Source: an uncultured Aliishimia sp. (lineage in GTDB: Bacteria; Pseudomonadota; Alphaproteobacteria; Rhodobacterales; Rhodobacteraceae). From it: a stretch of 64,000 nucleotides of DNA. The translations under genes were made by a program, and so were the position numbers. Position 1 is the first letter of the stretch; each line of letters starts with the position of its first letter. Positions 18,761 through 27,360 of the stretch are shown one piece after another. Under the pieces are notes generated by a model. It was not told the DNA's origin and made no database searches. It saw only the letters and a list, made by a program, of their open reading frames with translations. The stretch lies in contig CBFHJA010000024.1 in NCBI GenBank assembly GCA_965656085.1, positions 494 to 64,493 on the forward strand, written 5' to 3'.

Positions 18761-19425
18761 CTGTTCAGCAAATCCACATCGGCGGCATAGACCGCTTCGA
18801 TCACCTTGCGGCTGGCCGGCGAGAGCGCGCAGGCCGGACCCTCGGGCGCGGTGAAATTGGTGCGCTCGATCTCCACCGTCCGGCCCAGAAGATCCGACAG
18901 CCACGCGGTCGTGGGCGCCATGGCCTCCACATGGCCCAGATGGTCGACCAGCACCTCACCGTTGCGGCCACACACATAGCTGCTCTGGCTTCGGAACACC
19001 GGGTTGGTCTTTGCGAGGTTCTGCGCGGGTAGCCATTCCTGCACGAACCGGTCGATGTTCTCGAAGGCCGGGACCTGAAACCGCTCGGGCGCGCGGACCT
19101 TCGCGGTCAGCCCCGGACCTATGCCCCTCCCGGCCCGTACGAAGCGATAGGCCGAGACCGCCCGTGCGACCGGATCGCGCAGCAGCGAGAAGCGCGGCAG
19201 GGCGGTGGTCTCGGCATCGCAAACCCGGGCGATCACAGAGGCCGGAATATGCCCCATGGAGCGCCCGTAGAGCGCAGCATTCACCGCCAAGCCCGCGCAT
19301 TTCGGCACATGGATGAAGATCACGCCATGCCGTTGCCATATGGCCGCGCGGCGGCGGGCCATGAGGGCCTCGCGGATCGTGACCGGCGCGTAGGCGCGAT
19401 ACAGGTTGATCAGAGTGGAAGTCAT
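18757..19425 (-). CDS. sulfotransferase family 2 protein
   Basis: 222 aa with FIHVPKCAG (the PAPS 5'-phosphosulfate-binding loop of Sulfotransfer_2) and a downstream RDPVARAVSAY motif. Confidence 0.7.
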   Translation of the reverse strand: MTSTLINLYRAYAPVTIREALMARRRAAIWQRHGVIFIHVPKCAGLAVNAALYGRSMGHIPASVIARVCDAETTALPRFSLLRDPVARAVSAYRFVRAGRGIGPGLTAKVRAPERFQVPAFENIDRFVQEWLPAQNLAKTNPVFRSQSSYVCGRNGEVLVDHLGHVEAMAPTTAWLSDLLGRTVEIERTNFTAPEGPACALSPASRKVIEAVYAADVDLLNR

Positions 19426-19530
19426 GCAGTCACGGAAACGAACGGAAGGTAGATATATGCAATCCGTGCGCGAATGTTAGGGACAAGCGTGCAGGAAAGC
19501 CGCGCCTTGCGGCGATTTTTTCGGTCGTGC

Positions 19531-21075
19531 TCAGCTTTCCGGCGGCGCGCCGCCTGCGGCCTGCATCTGCGCAATGCGCGCCCGCAGCGCCTCCAAACGG
19601 CCCGCGTCCGGCGCATGGCCCGGCCCGGCGGCGACGATCCCCTTCCAGACCTCCGTCGCGCGGGCCGAGGCATCGCGCCCGCCGCGTTCGGTCCATGTGC
19701 CGAAATTGGCATAGTCATGCACGATCGGCTCGTAGAACTCGGTCTGGTAGCGCGCCATGGTCTGCGGGGCGGCGAAGAAATGCCCCGAGGGCGCGACCTG
19801 TGACAGCGCCGTGTCGAAGCCGATCTCGTCTGTCCCCGCCTGCGCGCCCGCGCAAAGCTCCGCGACCATGTTCAGCACTTCGAGATCGGTGATCAGCTTT
19901 TCATAGGACACCGACAGCCCGCCTTCGAGCCAGCCCGCCGCGTGGATCACCACCGTGGCGCCCGCCATCAGGCAGCCCCAGAGCCCGAACTGGTTCTCAT
20001 TTGCGGCCTGCGCGTCGTTCAGGTTCGACGCCGAGCCAGCGGCGGAGCGCCATGGCAGGCCGATATGGCGCGCAAGCTGGCCTGCGGCAAGCGAGGCTTG
20101 GAAATGCGCGGGCGTGCCAAAGGCGGGCGCGCCGGATTTCATGTCCACGTTGGAGCTGAAGGTGCCATAGCAGATCGGCGCGCCGGGGCGGACGAGTTGT
20201 GTGAGCGTGATCGCCGCGAGCGCCTCGGCATGGGAGAGCGTGATCGCGCCCGCCACGGTGATCGGGGCCATCGCGCCCATCAGCGTGAAAGGCGTGACGA
20301 TACTCACCTGCCCATGACGCGCGAAGTCGATCAGCCCTTGCGCCATCGGGATGTCGAGCGTGCGCGGGGAGTTGGTGTTGATGATCGTGTAGCAGTGGCT
20401 CTGGGCCGTGAAATCGTCACCCGTCAGCCCCCGGAACCCCGCCAGAAGCTCGAAACTCTGCTCCGCCTGCGGCGTGCCGCGCGCATAGACGAAGGGCAGC
20501 TTGTCACTCTCTTCAAGCTGGCATTGCAGGGTGAAATAGTGGCGCAGATGGGTGTCCACGTCCTGCGGCTCAATCAGCGGCGGGAGCATGTGCAGCACGT
20601 CAAAGGCCTGCGTGATGCGCAACAATTCGCGGAAATCGCGGGCATTTCCCGGACGGCGCCCGCGCTCCAGATCGGTGGCGTGCGGCGCGCCCGCGCCGGG
20701 TTGGAAGTTGAGCGTGCCAAGCTCCAGCAGCACGTCGCGTTCGGGGCGCGCGGCCTTGCACAGGATCGACTTGGGCGCGCTCGCCAGCGCCGCCTCGACG
20801 ATCTCGCGCCCGATATAGACCATATCGCCCTCGATCCGCGCGCCCGCGCGGCGAAACATCTCCAGCGCCTGCGGCAGCAGCACCCGCATCCCAAGCTCTT
20901 CGAGCGTGCGCAGGGCGGTGGCGTGCATCTCCGCGATCTGATCGGCGGAGAACACGTCCATCGGCGGAAACGGGTTGCGCAACTGGCTGTAGGCGGGCGT
21001 CCGCGCCGAGGCGCGTGGCCCGGCCTCGGGGGATTTGCGCCCACGCCGCCGGGTGCGCACAGGCGCTTCGGTCAC
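19531..21075 (-). CDS. MttB-superfamily (trimethylamine methyltransferase-like, non-pyrrolysine) protein
   Basis: 514 aa with an Arg-rich N-terminus, then full-length MttB-like sequence (..NTNSPRTLD.., ..GAMAPITVAGA.., ..AAGWLEGGL..). No in-frame TAG. GTG start overlaps the upstream stop (GTGA). Confidence 0.8.
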   Translation of the reverse strand: MTEAPVRTRRRGRKSPEAGPRASARTPAYSQLRNPFPPMDVFSADQIAEMHATALRTLEELGMRVLLPQALEMFRRAGARIEGDMVYIGREIVEAALASAPKSILCKAARPERDVLLELGTLNFQPGAGAPHATDLERGRRPGNARDFRELLRITQAFDVLHMLPPLIEPQDVDTHLRHYFTLQCQLEESDKLPFVYARGTPQAEQSFELLAGFRGLTGDDFTAQSHCYTIINTNSPRTLDIPMAQGLIDFARHGQVSIVTPFTLMGAMAPITVAGAITLSHAEALAAITLTQLVRPGAPICYGTFSSNVDMKSGAPAFGTPAHFQASLAAGQLARHIGLPWRSAAGSASNLNDAQAANENQFGLWGCLMAGATVVIHAAGWLEGGLSVSYEKLITDLEVLNMVAELCAGAQAGTDEIGFDTALSQVAPSGHFFAAPQTMARYQTEFYEPIVHDYANFGTWTERGGRDASARATEVWKGIVAAGPGHAPDAGRLEALRARIAQMQAAGGAPPES

Positions 21076-23486
21076 GCGGCACTCCGCATGGCGCGGCCCT
21101 CGGGGTCATAGGGCGCGGGCGGGATCACCGTGCAGGCCCGCTCCACGCCCACCACATGCACCGTGAGCGCCGTACCGGGCTCGGCCACATCCACATCGAC
21201 CATCGCCATGGCGAGAGACTTGCCAAGCGTGTGCCCATAGCCACCCGAGGTCACGAAGCCGACCTTGCGCTCGCCTTGCCAGACCGGCTCGAAGCCCGAC
21301 GCATCCGCATCCTCGGCGGCCACCTCCAGCGTGACGATCTTCTGCGCGGGCCCGTTCCCGTCCCGCTCTTGGGTCGCGGCGTCCTTGCCCACGAAGGACG
21401 GCTTGTCCCATGCGATCCATCGGTCCATGCCGGTCTGCGCAGCCGTATAGCCTTGGGTGAATTCCGCCGACCAGATGCCGAAGGATTTCTCCAGCCGCAG
21501 CGACAGCAGCGCGTTGAACCCGATCTCGCGCATTCCGAGATCCGCGCCCGCCTCCAGCAGCATGTGGCGCAGGCTGATGTGCTCGGCGGCGCTGCAATGG
21601 ATCTCATAGCCCAACTCCCCCGTGACCGACAGCCGCCCGACCTTGCAGGTCAGCAGCCCCAGATCAAAGGTGCCGCAACCCATGAAAGGCAGGCCTGCGA
21701 TGTTGTCCTGCGTGAGTTTTTCCAGCACTTTTAGGGAGTTGGGCCCCGACAGCGAGAAGCCCACAATCCCATCCGAGATGTCGCGCACCGCGCAGCCGTC
21801 GATCATGTGATCCTCGAACCACCGCATATGCCATTCGCGCAGGTAGTAGCTGCCCATGATCCAGTAGGTCCCGTCGCCCCAGTTGAAGACCGTCAGATCG
21901 CCCTTCATCTTGCCGGTCTCCGAGAGCATCGGCGCGAGTTTGGCGCGGCCCGGTTTCGGCAGGTGCGACGCCATCACGTTGCTGAGCCACGGCTCTGCGT
22001 TCGGCCCGGAGACCTCGAAGCGCGAGAAGCCCGAGATATCGAGCAGCCCCACAGCCTCGCGGGTCGCCTTGCATTCCTCAGCGACAATCTCGAAGGCGTT
22101 GGAGCGCTTCAGCGTCGGGGTTTCCTCGAAATCGGGCGAGGGCGCGAAATAGAGCGGCACTTCCAGCCCCCAGCTTGCGCCCCATTGGCAGCCCGCCGCC
22201 GTCATGCCTTCATAGGCCGGGGCCTTCTTCAGGGGCCGCCCGGCGGGGAGTTGCTCGTTCGGGTAGGTCATCACGAAGCGGCGGGTGTAGAATTGCCCCG
22301 TGGTCTGTTTGATGAACTCCCGGTTCTCGGCGAACTTGCCAAAGCGCGCGACGTCCATCCCGTACACATCCGCCTCCGGCTCGCCATGGATCATCCATTC
22401 CGCGAGCGATTTGCCCACACCGCCGCCTTGCAGGAAGCCCGCCATCACCGCGCAGGCGCACCAATATCCCGGCTTGCCGCGCACCGGACCGACCAGCGGG
22501 TTGCCATCGGGCGCAAAGGTGAAGGCCCCGTTGACCCATGTCTTGACCCCGACCTCTTGCAGCGCCGGGTAGCGCTCGAAGCCAAGGATCAACTCGTTCT
22601 CGATCCGGTCGGTCTGCTCCTGGAACAGCTCCATCCCATAGTCCCACGGCGCGCCATCCAGCGCCCAGTGTTCGTGGTTGATCTCGTAGATGCCGAGCAG
22701 AATGCCCTTCTGGTCCTGCCGCATATAGGTGAACCCTTCGAGATCCACCGTCATCGGCACCTCGAAATCCAGCCCTTCGAGCTCCGGCAGCGTGTCCGAG
22801 ATCAGGTAGTGGTGCTTGAGCGGCGCGACGGGCAATTCGATCCCGGCCATCCGCCCCACTTGCTTGGCCCAGAGCCCGGCGGCGTTGACCACATGCCCGC
22901 AGGTGATCGTGCCCTTGTCGGTGACGACGGTCCAGCCCTCGGCGGTTTGCTCAAGGCTTTCGACCTTGGTGTGCTCAAAGACCGACGCACCGCGTTTCTT
23001 GGCCGCGCCCGCATAGGCATGCACGGTGCCGGTGGTGTCGATATAGCCTTCGCGGTCGGCCCACATCCCGCCTAAAAGCCCGGTCGTGTCCATGATCGGG
23101 CAGAGCTCTTTGGCTTCCTCGGGGGTGACAAGGCGGCAATCTTCGATGCCGATGGACTGGAAGGTGCGGTAGGCCGATTGCAGCCACTCCCAGCGGTCGG
23201 GCGTGCCGGCCATGGTGAGCCCGCCGGTCATGTGAAGCCCGATATTCTGGCCGGATTCCGCTTCGATCTCGCTCAGCAGATCAATGGTATAGGCTTGCAG
23301 CGCCGCGATGTTGGGGTCTGCATTCAGCGCATGAATGCCCCCCGCCGCGTGCCAGCTTGACCCGGCGGTGAGCACCGAGCGCTCCAGCAGGCAGACATCG
23401 GACCAACCGAACTTGGCGAGGTGATAGAGCACCGAAGCGCCGACGACGCCGCCTCCGATCACAACGACTCGGTACTGGCTGTTCAT
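21072..23486 (-). CDS. dimethylglycine/sarcosine dehydrogenase-family FAD oxidoreductase with C-terminal GcvT (folate-binding) domain
   Basis: 804 aa with an N-terminal VVVIGGGVVGASVLYHL DAO fold and a C-terminal aminomethyltransferase-like domain. Confidence 0.85.
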   Translation of the reverse strand: MNSQYRVVVIGGGVVGASVLYHLAKFGWSDVCLLERSVLTAGSSWHAAGGIHALNADPNIAALQAYTIDLLSEIEAESGQNIGLHMTGGLTMAGTPDRWEWLQSAYRTFQSIGIEDCRLVTPEEAKELCPIMDTTGLLGGMWADREGYIDTTGTVHAYAGAAKKRGASVFEHTKVESLEQTAEGWTVVTDKGTITCGHVVNAAGLWAKQVGRMAGIELPVAPLKHHYLISDTLPELEGLDFEVPMTVDLEGFTYMRQDQKGILLGIYEINHEHWALDGAPWDYGMELFQEQTDRIENELILGFERYPALQEVGVKTWVNGAFTFAPDGNPLVGPVRGKPGYWCACAVMAGFLQGGGVGKSLAEWMIHGEPEADVYGMDVARFGKFAENREFIKQTTGQFYTRRFVMTYPNEQLPAGRPLKKAPAYEGMTAAGCQWGASWGLEVPLYFAPSPDFEETPTLKRSNAFEIVAEECKATREAVGLLDISGFSRFEVSGPNAEPWLSNVMASHLPKPGRAKLAPMLSETGKMKGDLTVFNWGDGTYWIMGSYYLREWHMRWFEDHMIDGCAVRDISDGIVGFSLSGPNSLKVLEKLTQDNIAGLPFMGCGTFDLGLLTCKVGRLSVTGELGYEIHCSAAEHISLRHMLLEAGADLGMREIGFNALLSLRLEKSFGIWSAEFTQGYTAAQTGMDRWIAWDKPSFVGKDAATQERDGNGPAQKIVTLEVAAEDADASGFEPVWQGERKVGFVTSGGYGHTLGKSLAMAMVDVDVAEPGTALTVHVVGVERACTVIPPAPYDPEGRAMRSAA

Positions 23487-23605
23487 GGCGGGGCTCCTGT
23501 GCTCGGTCCGGTTTTGCCCGGCGACGGTAGGGGCGGGGCGCGCCGCCGTCTAGCCGCGTTTGCGACAGGATGTGGCGCGGATGGGATAGTCGGTGGGCAG
23601 GTCGC

Positions 23606-23685
23606 TGCGCGAGCGAGAATTCCATTCTCGCGCTCTTGGGGATATTTTTGACCAAACGAAAACAGGGAAGTGGGCGCTTGGGCGC
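23606..23685 (+). repeat. GC-hairpin + GGATATTTTTG-CAAA-GAAAACAGGG module (solo copy)
   Basis: Hairpin GCGAGAAT-tcc-ATTCTCGC (23613-23631), then GGGGATATTTTTGACCAAACGAAAACAGGG (23637-23666). Confidence 0.85.
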
Positions 23686-23688
23686 GCG

Positions 23689-24135
23689 TCAGACGTCGGT
23701 TTGCAGGGCGCGGCGAATCTCGACGAGGAGCGTTTGCAGCTCGCCCAGTTTGTCGGGGCCGATGGCGGCCTCGATCTCGGCATAGACGGCGGCGCTTTCC
23801 GGGGCCGCGTTTCGCAGCACGTCGCGCCCGGCCTCGGTGAGGGCAAGCTGCGTCTTGCGCCCGTCGCCGGGGTCGCGGCGGCTCTCCACCCAGCCCTGAT
23901 CGGTGAGTGTGCGCGTGATCCGCGTCAGCGACGGCAGCAGCACGCAGGCCCGGTCCGCCACTGTGCTCGCATCCTGCGCCCCGCCTTCATCCAGCACCCG
24001 CATCACCCGCCATTGCGCCTCGGTGATCCCGCGCGCGGCGAGCATCGGGCGGAAGCGCTCCATCACCTGCTCGCGGGTGCGCAGCAGCGAGATGGGCAGG
24101 GCGAGATGGGTGGCGTCGAGTTGGGCGTCTTTCAT
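23689..24135 (-). CDS. hpaR: MarR-family homoprotocatechuate degradation regulator
   Basis: 148 aa, ..LLRTREQVMERFRPMLAARGITEAQWRVMRVL.., colinear with E. coli HpaR. Divergent from the hpa catabolic genes. Confidence 0.8.
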   Translation of the reverse strand: MKDAQLDATHLALPISLLRTREQVMERFRPMLAARGITEAQWRVMRVLDEGGAQDASTVADRACVLLPSLTRITRTLTDQGWVESRRDPGDGRKTQLALTEAGRDVLRNAAPESAAVYAEIEAAIGPDKLGELQTLLVEIRRALQTDV

Positions 24136-24178
24136 GGGACCAGCGTAGGCGAGACTGGCTTGACAGGCCAGAATTAAT

Positions 24179-24190
24179 TTAACATGTTAA
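24179..24190. promoter_or_regulatory. perfect palindrome TTAACATGTTAA, candidate HpaR operator
   Basis: 12-bp perfect palindrome in the 83-bp hpaR/hpaF divergent region. A TTGACA hexamer lies at 24160-24165. Confidence 0.4.
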
Positions 24191-24218
24191 GCAAATGACT
24201 CGCCGGGGAGGGCGCGCC

Positions 24219-24608
24219 GTGCCACATCTGACCATCCAGCATTCGCCCGCGCTCGGGCAGCGCCACGACATGGCGGCGCTTTGCACGCGGCTTGCGCAGG
24301 TCATGGCCGATCAGGGCTGTTTCCCCGTGGGCGGCATCCGCGTGCGCGCCTGGCCCACGCCCGCCGAGGCGCTCGCCGATGGCCACCTCGAGAACGTCTA
24401 TGCCGACCTGATCCTGCGCATGGCGCGCGGGCGCAGCGCCGAGGTCAAGCGCGCCGCCGGGGCCGCGCTGATGGCCGAGGCCGAGGCCTTCTTCGCCGAT
24501 GATCTCGCGCGCCCCCACATGATGCTCGCGCTGGAGATCGTCGAGATTGACCCGGAGTTTTCGTGGAAAACCAACACCATCCATGCCCGTCTGAAAGGGG
24601 AGACATGA
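24219..24608 (+). CDS. hpaF: 5-carboxymethyl-2-hydroxymuconate isomerase
   Basis: 129 aa from GTG, (M)PHLTIQHS.., colinear with E. coli HpcD/HpaF (MPHFIVECS). GGGGAGGG RBS 7 nt upstream. The ATG at 24195 would place the RBS inside the gene. Confidence 0.8.
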   Translation: MPHLTIQHSPALGQRHDMAALCTRLAQVMADQGCFPVGGIRVRAWPTPAEALADGHLENVYADLILRMARGRSAEVKRAAGAALMAEAEAFFADDLARPHMMLALEIVEIDPEFSWKTNTIHARLKGET

Positions 24609-26116
24609 GCCAGCTCGACGCCAATATCGCCAAGGCACAGGGCTACCTTGCCCGCTTCGCCGAGGCCCCGACGCTGAATCAGATCGGCGGGCAAGCGGTG
24701 CCTGCTGCGTCCGGCCAGAACTTCGAGACCATCACCCCGGTGGACCTGACGCCGCTGGGCCAAGTCGCCCGTTCGGGTGCCGAGGACGTGGACGCCGCCG
24801 CCCGCGCCGCGCAAGGCGCTTTCAAGGACTGGGCCGCCATGCCCGGTGCGCAGCGCAAGACGCTCCTGCACGCCATCGCCGATGCCATCGTGGCCCGCGC
24901 CGAGGAGATCGCCTTCGTCGAGGCCATGGACACCGGCCAAGCCATCCGCTTCATGTCCAAAGCCGCCCTGCGCGGCGCGGAGAACTTCCGCTTCTTCGCC
25001 GACAAGGCGGTCGAGGCGCGCGATGGGCAGTCGATCCACGCCCCCGGCCAGCTCAACGTCACCTCGCGCAGCCCCATCGGCCCGGTCGGCATCATCACCC
25101 CGTGGAACACACCCTTCATGCTCTCCACATGGAAGATCGCCCCGGCGCTCGCGGCCGGCTGCACGGTGGTCCACAAACCCGCCGAACTGAGCCCGCTCAC
25201 CGCCCGGCTGCTGGTGGAGATCGCCGAGGACGCGGGCCTGCCGCCCGGGGTCTGGAACACGGTCCACGGCATGGGCGAAGAGGCGGGCGCGGCGCTCACG
25301 GCGCATCCCTTGATCAAGGCGGTGGCCTTCGTGGGCGAGAGCAAGACCGGCTCGGCGATCATGGCGCAAGGCGCGCCCACGCTGAAACGCGTGCATTTCG
25401 AGCTGGGCGGCAAGAACCCGGTGATCGTCTTTGACGACGCCGATCTGGAACGCGCCGCTGATGCCGCCGTGTTCATGATCTACTCGCTCAATGGCGAGCG
25501 CTGCACGTCCTCCTCGCGCCTGCTGGTGCAGGACAGTATCCACGACGCCTTCACCGCGAAGGTCGCCGAGAAAGCCGCCCGCATCAAGGTCGGGCACCCG
25601 CTCGATCCGGACACCGTGGTCGGCCCGCTGATCCATCCCGGCCACATGGACAAGGTCACGTCCTATTTCGAGATCGCACAGGACGAGGGCGCGACGATCG
25701 CCGTCGGCGGCGCAGCCCTTGACCGGCCCGGCTGCTACGTCCCGCCGACGCTGTTCACAGGCGCGAAGCCCGACATGCGTATCGCGCAGGAGGAGATTTT
25801 CGGCCCCGTTCTGACCGCCTTGCCCTTCGCCACCGAAGAGGAGGCCATCGCGCTCGCAAATGGTGTGGATTATGGGCTCGCGGGCTATCTCTGGACCTCT
25901 GATGTCACCCGCGCGCTGCGGGTCTCCGAGGCGATGGAGGCCGGAATGATCTGGGTGAACTCGGAAAACACGCGCCACCTGCCGACGCCCTTTGGCGGCG
26001 TGAAAGCCTCGGGCATTGGCCGCGATGGCGGGGATTGGTCCTTCGAATTCTACATGGAAACCAAGAACATCGCCTTCGCCACCACCGCCCATTCGATCCC
26101 CAAACTGGGAGGCTGA
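24605..26116 (+). CDS. hpaE: 5-carboxymethyl-2-hydroxymuconate semialdehyde dehydrogenase
   Basis: 503 aa NAD-aldehyde dehydrogenase (ELGGKNP, ..NGERCTSSSR..). ATGA-coupled to hpaF. Confidence 0.85.
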   Translation: MSQLDANIAKAQGYLARFAEAPTLNQIGGQAVPAASGQNFETITPVDLTPLGQVARSGAEDVDAAARAAQGAFKDWAAMPGAQRKTLLHAIADAIVARAEEIAFVEAMDTGQAIRFMSKAALRGAENFRFFADKAVEARDGQSIHAPGQLNVTSRSPIGPVGIITPWNTPFMLSTWKIAPALAAGCTVVHKPAELSPLTARLLVEIAEDAGLPPGVWNTVHGMGEEAGAALTAHPLIKAVAFVGESKTGSAIMAQGAPTLKRVHFELGGKNPVIVFDDADLERAADAAVFMIYSLNGERCTSSSRLLVQDSIHDAFTAKVAEKAARIKVGHPLDPDTVVGPLIHPGHMDKVTSYFEIAQDEGATIAVGGAALDRPGCYVPPTLFTGAKPDMRIAQEEIFGPVLTALPFATEEEAIALANGVDYGLAGYLWTSDVTRALRVSEAMEAGMIWVNSENTRHLPTPFGGVKASGIGRDGGDWSFEFYMETKNIAFATTAHSIPKLGG

Positions 26117-26119
26117 CCG

Positions 26120-27100
26120 ATGCCTTTGCCACCCCCGAACCTCTATCCCGACTTCAACACGATCCGCCTGAGCCACGTGGTCTACACGGTCACAGACCTT
26201 GCCGCCTCGCGTGCCTTCTACGTGGACACGCTCGGGCTGCAGGTGACCGCCGAGGAGGGCCATCGGCTCTACCTGCGCGCCATGGAGGAGCGCGGCAATC
26301 ACTGCATCGTGCTGGAACAGGGCGCAGAGCCGCGTGCGCAGGTGCTGGGCTTCAAGGTCTTCGCCGAGGCTGATCTCGATGCGGCGCATAAGTGGTTCTC
26401 GGAGCGCGGCCATCCGGTGTCTTGGGTGGACCGTCCGCATCAGGGCCGCACGCTGCTGACCACCGACAACATGGGCACCCCCATCGAGTTCTACCACCAC
26501 ATGGGCCGCCTGCCGCCGATCCATCAGAAATACGCGCTTTATCACGGGGTCAAACCGCTGCGGATCGACCATTTCAACTGCTTTTCCACGAATGTGGATG
26601 AAAGCGTCGCCTTCTGGAACGAGATCGGCTTCCGCGTCACGGAATATACCGAGGATGCCGAGTCGGGGCGGCTCTGGGCGGCGTGGATGCACCGCAAGGG
26701 CGGCGTGCATGACATGGCCTTCACCAACGGGCGCGGGCCGCGCCTGCACCACGTGGCCTTCTGGGTACCGAACCCGCTCAACATCATCGATCTGCTCGAT
26801 CTGATGAGCACGACGGGCTATGTCGCCCATATCGAGCGCGGCCCCGGACGGCACGGGATTTCCAACGCGTTCTTCCTCTACATCCGCGACCCGGACGGGC
26901 ACCGTGTGGAGATTTACTGCTCTGATTATCAGACAGTGGACCCCGATCTGGAGCCGATCCATTGGGATCTCAAGGACCCGCAGCGCCAGACTTTGTGGGG
27001 CGCGCCCGCGCCGCGCTCGTGGTTCGAGGAGGGGACGCTCTTCGAGGGGGTCGAGGTGGGGGAGCCGACGCTGGAGGCACAACCGATTGTTGCGCCTTGA
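26120..27100 (+). CDS. hpaD: 3,4-dihydroxyphenylacetate (homoprotocatechuate) 2,3-dioxygenase, vicinal-oxygen-chelate type
   Basis: 326 aa two-domain extradiol dioxygenase (..RIDHFNC.., ..HHVAFWV.., ..FFLYIRDPDGHRVEIY..). Confidence 0.8.
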   Translation: MPLPPPNLYPDFNTIRLSHVVYTVTDLAASRAFYVDTLGLQVTAEEGHRLYLRAMEERGNHCIVLEQGAEPRAQVLGFKVFAEADLDAAHKWFSERGHPVSWVDRPHQGRTLLTTDNMGTPIEFYHHMGRLPPIHQKYALYHGVKPLRIDHFNCFSTNVDESVAFWNEIGFRVTEYTEDAESGRLWAAWMHRKGGVHDMAFTNGRGPRLHHVAFWVPNPLNIIDLLDLMSTTGYVAHIERGPGRHGISNAFFLYIRDPDGHRVEIYCSDYQTVDPDLEPIHWDLKDPQRQTLWGAPAPRSWFEEGTLFEGVEVGEPTLEAQPIVAP

Positions 27101-27107
27101 CGGCGCC

Positions 27108-27275
27108 CGGGGAAGGGGGCTGCCGCCCCCTCGGCCTTTGGCCTCCCTGGGCTCCGCCCGTTCAGGTCTCACAGGCTCCCCCGGAGCCTGTGCCGCAAAG
27201 CGGACCGACCTTCACCCCCCGCGGATATTTTTGTCAAAAGGAAAACAGGAATTGGGGCTTGGTGGGGCGGTTGCG
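27108..27275 (+). repeat. GC-hairpins + GGATATTTTTGTCAAAAGGAAAACAGG module (solo copy)
   Basis: Hairpins GGGGGC-tgcc-GCCCCC and CAGGCTCC-cc-GGAGCCTG, then GCGGATATTTTTGTCAAAAGGAAAACAGGA (27220-27249). Directly downstream of hpaD. Confidence 0.85.
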
Positions 27276-27360
27276 CTTTATGACCACTTGCCCTTTCACT
27301 GAGCCGGTAAACTCCGGGGAGTTTGAGGGGCCAGCCCCTCGGTTTTGGTAAGGAAAAGAC

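Noticed and set aside
19448-19480. Possible dif site (XerCD target) in GATATATGCAATCCGTGCGCGAATGTTAG.
   Set aside because: It matches the dif consensus arms as I remember them (GGTGCGCATAA-TGTATA-TTATGTTAAAT) at only a few scattered positions and lacks the palindromic arm structure.
19499-19521. Hairpin GCCGC-gcctt-GCGGC followed by TTTTTT, a possible terminator.
   Set aside because: The T-run is on the plus strand, but no plus-strand gene ends upstream. For the minus-strand mttB-family gene, only CTTTCC follows the hairpin. The orientation is ambiguous, so I did not call it as a feature.
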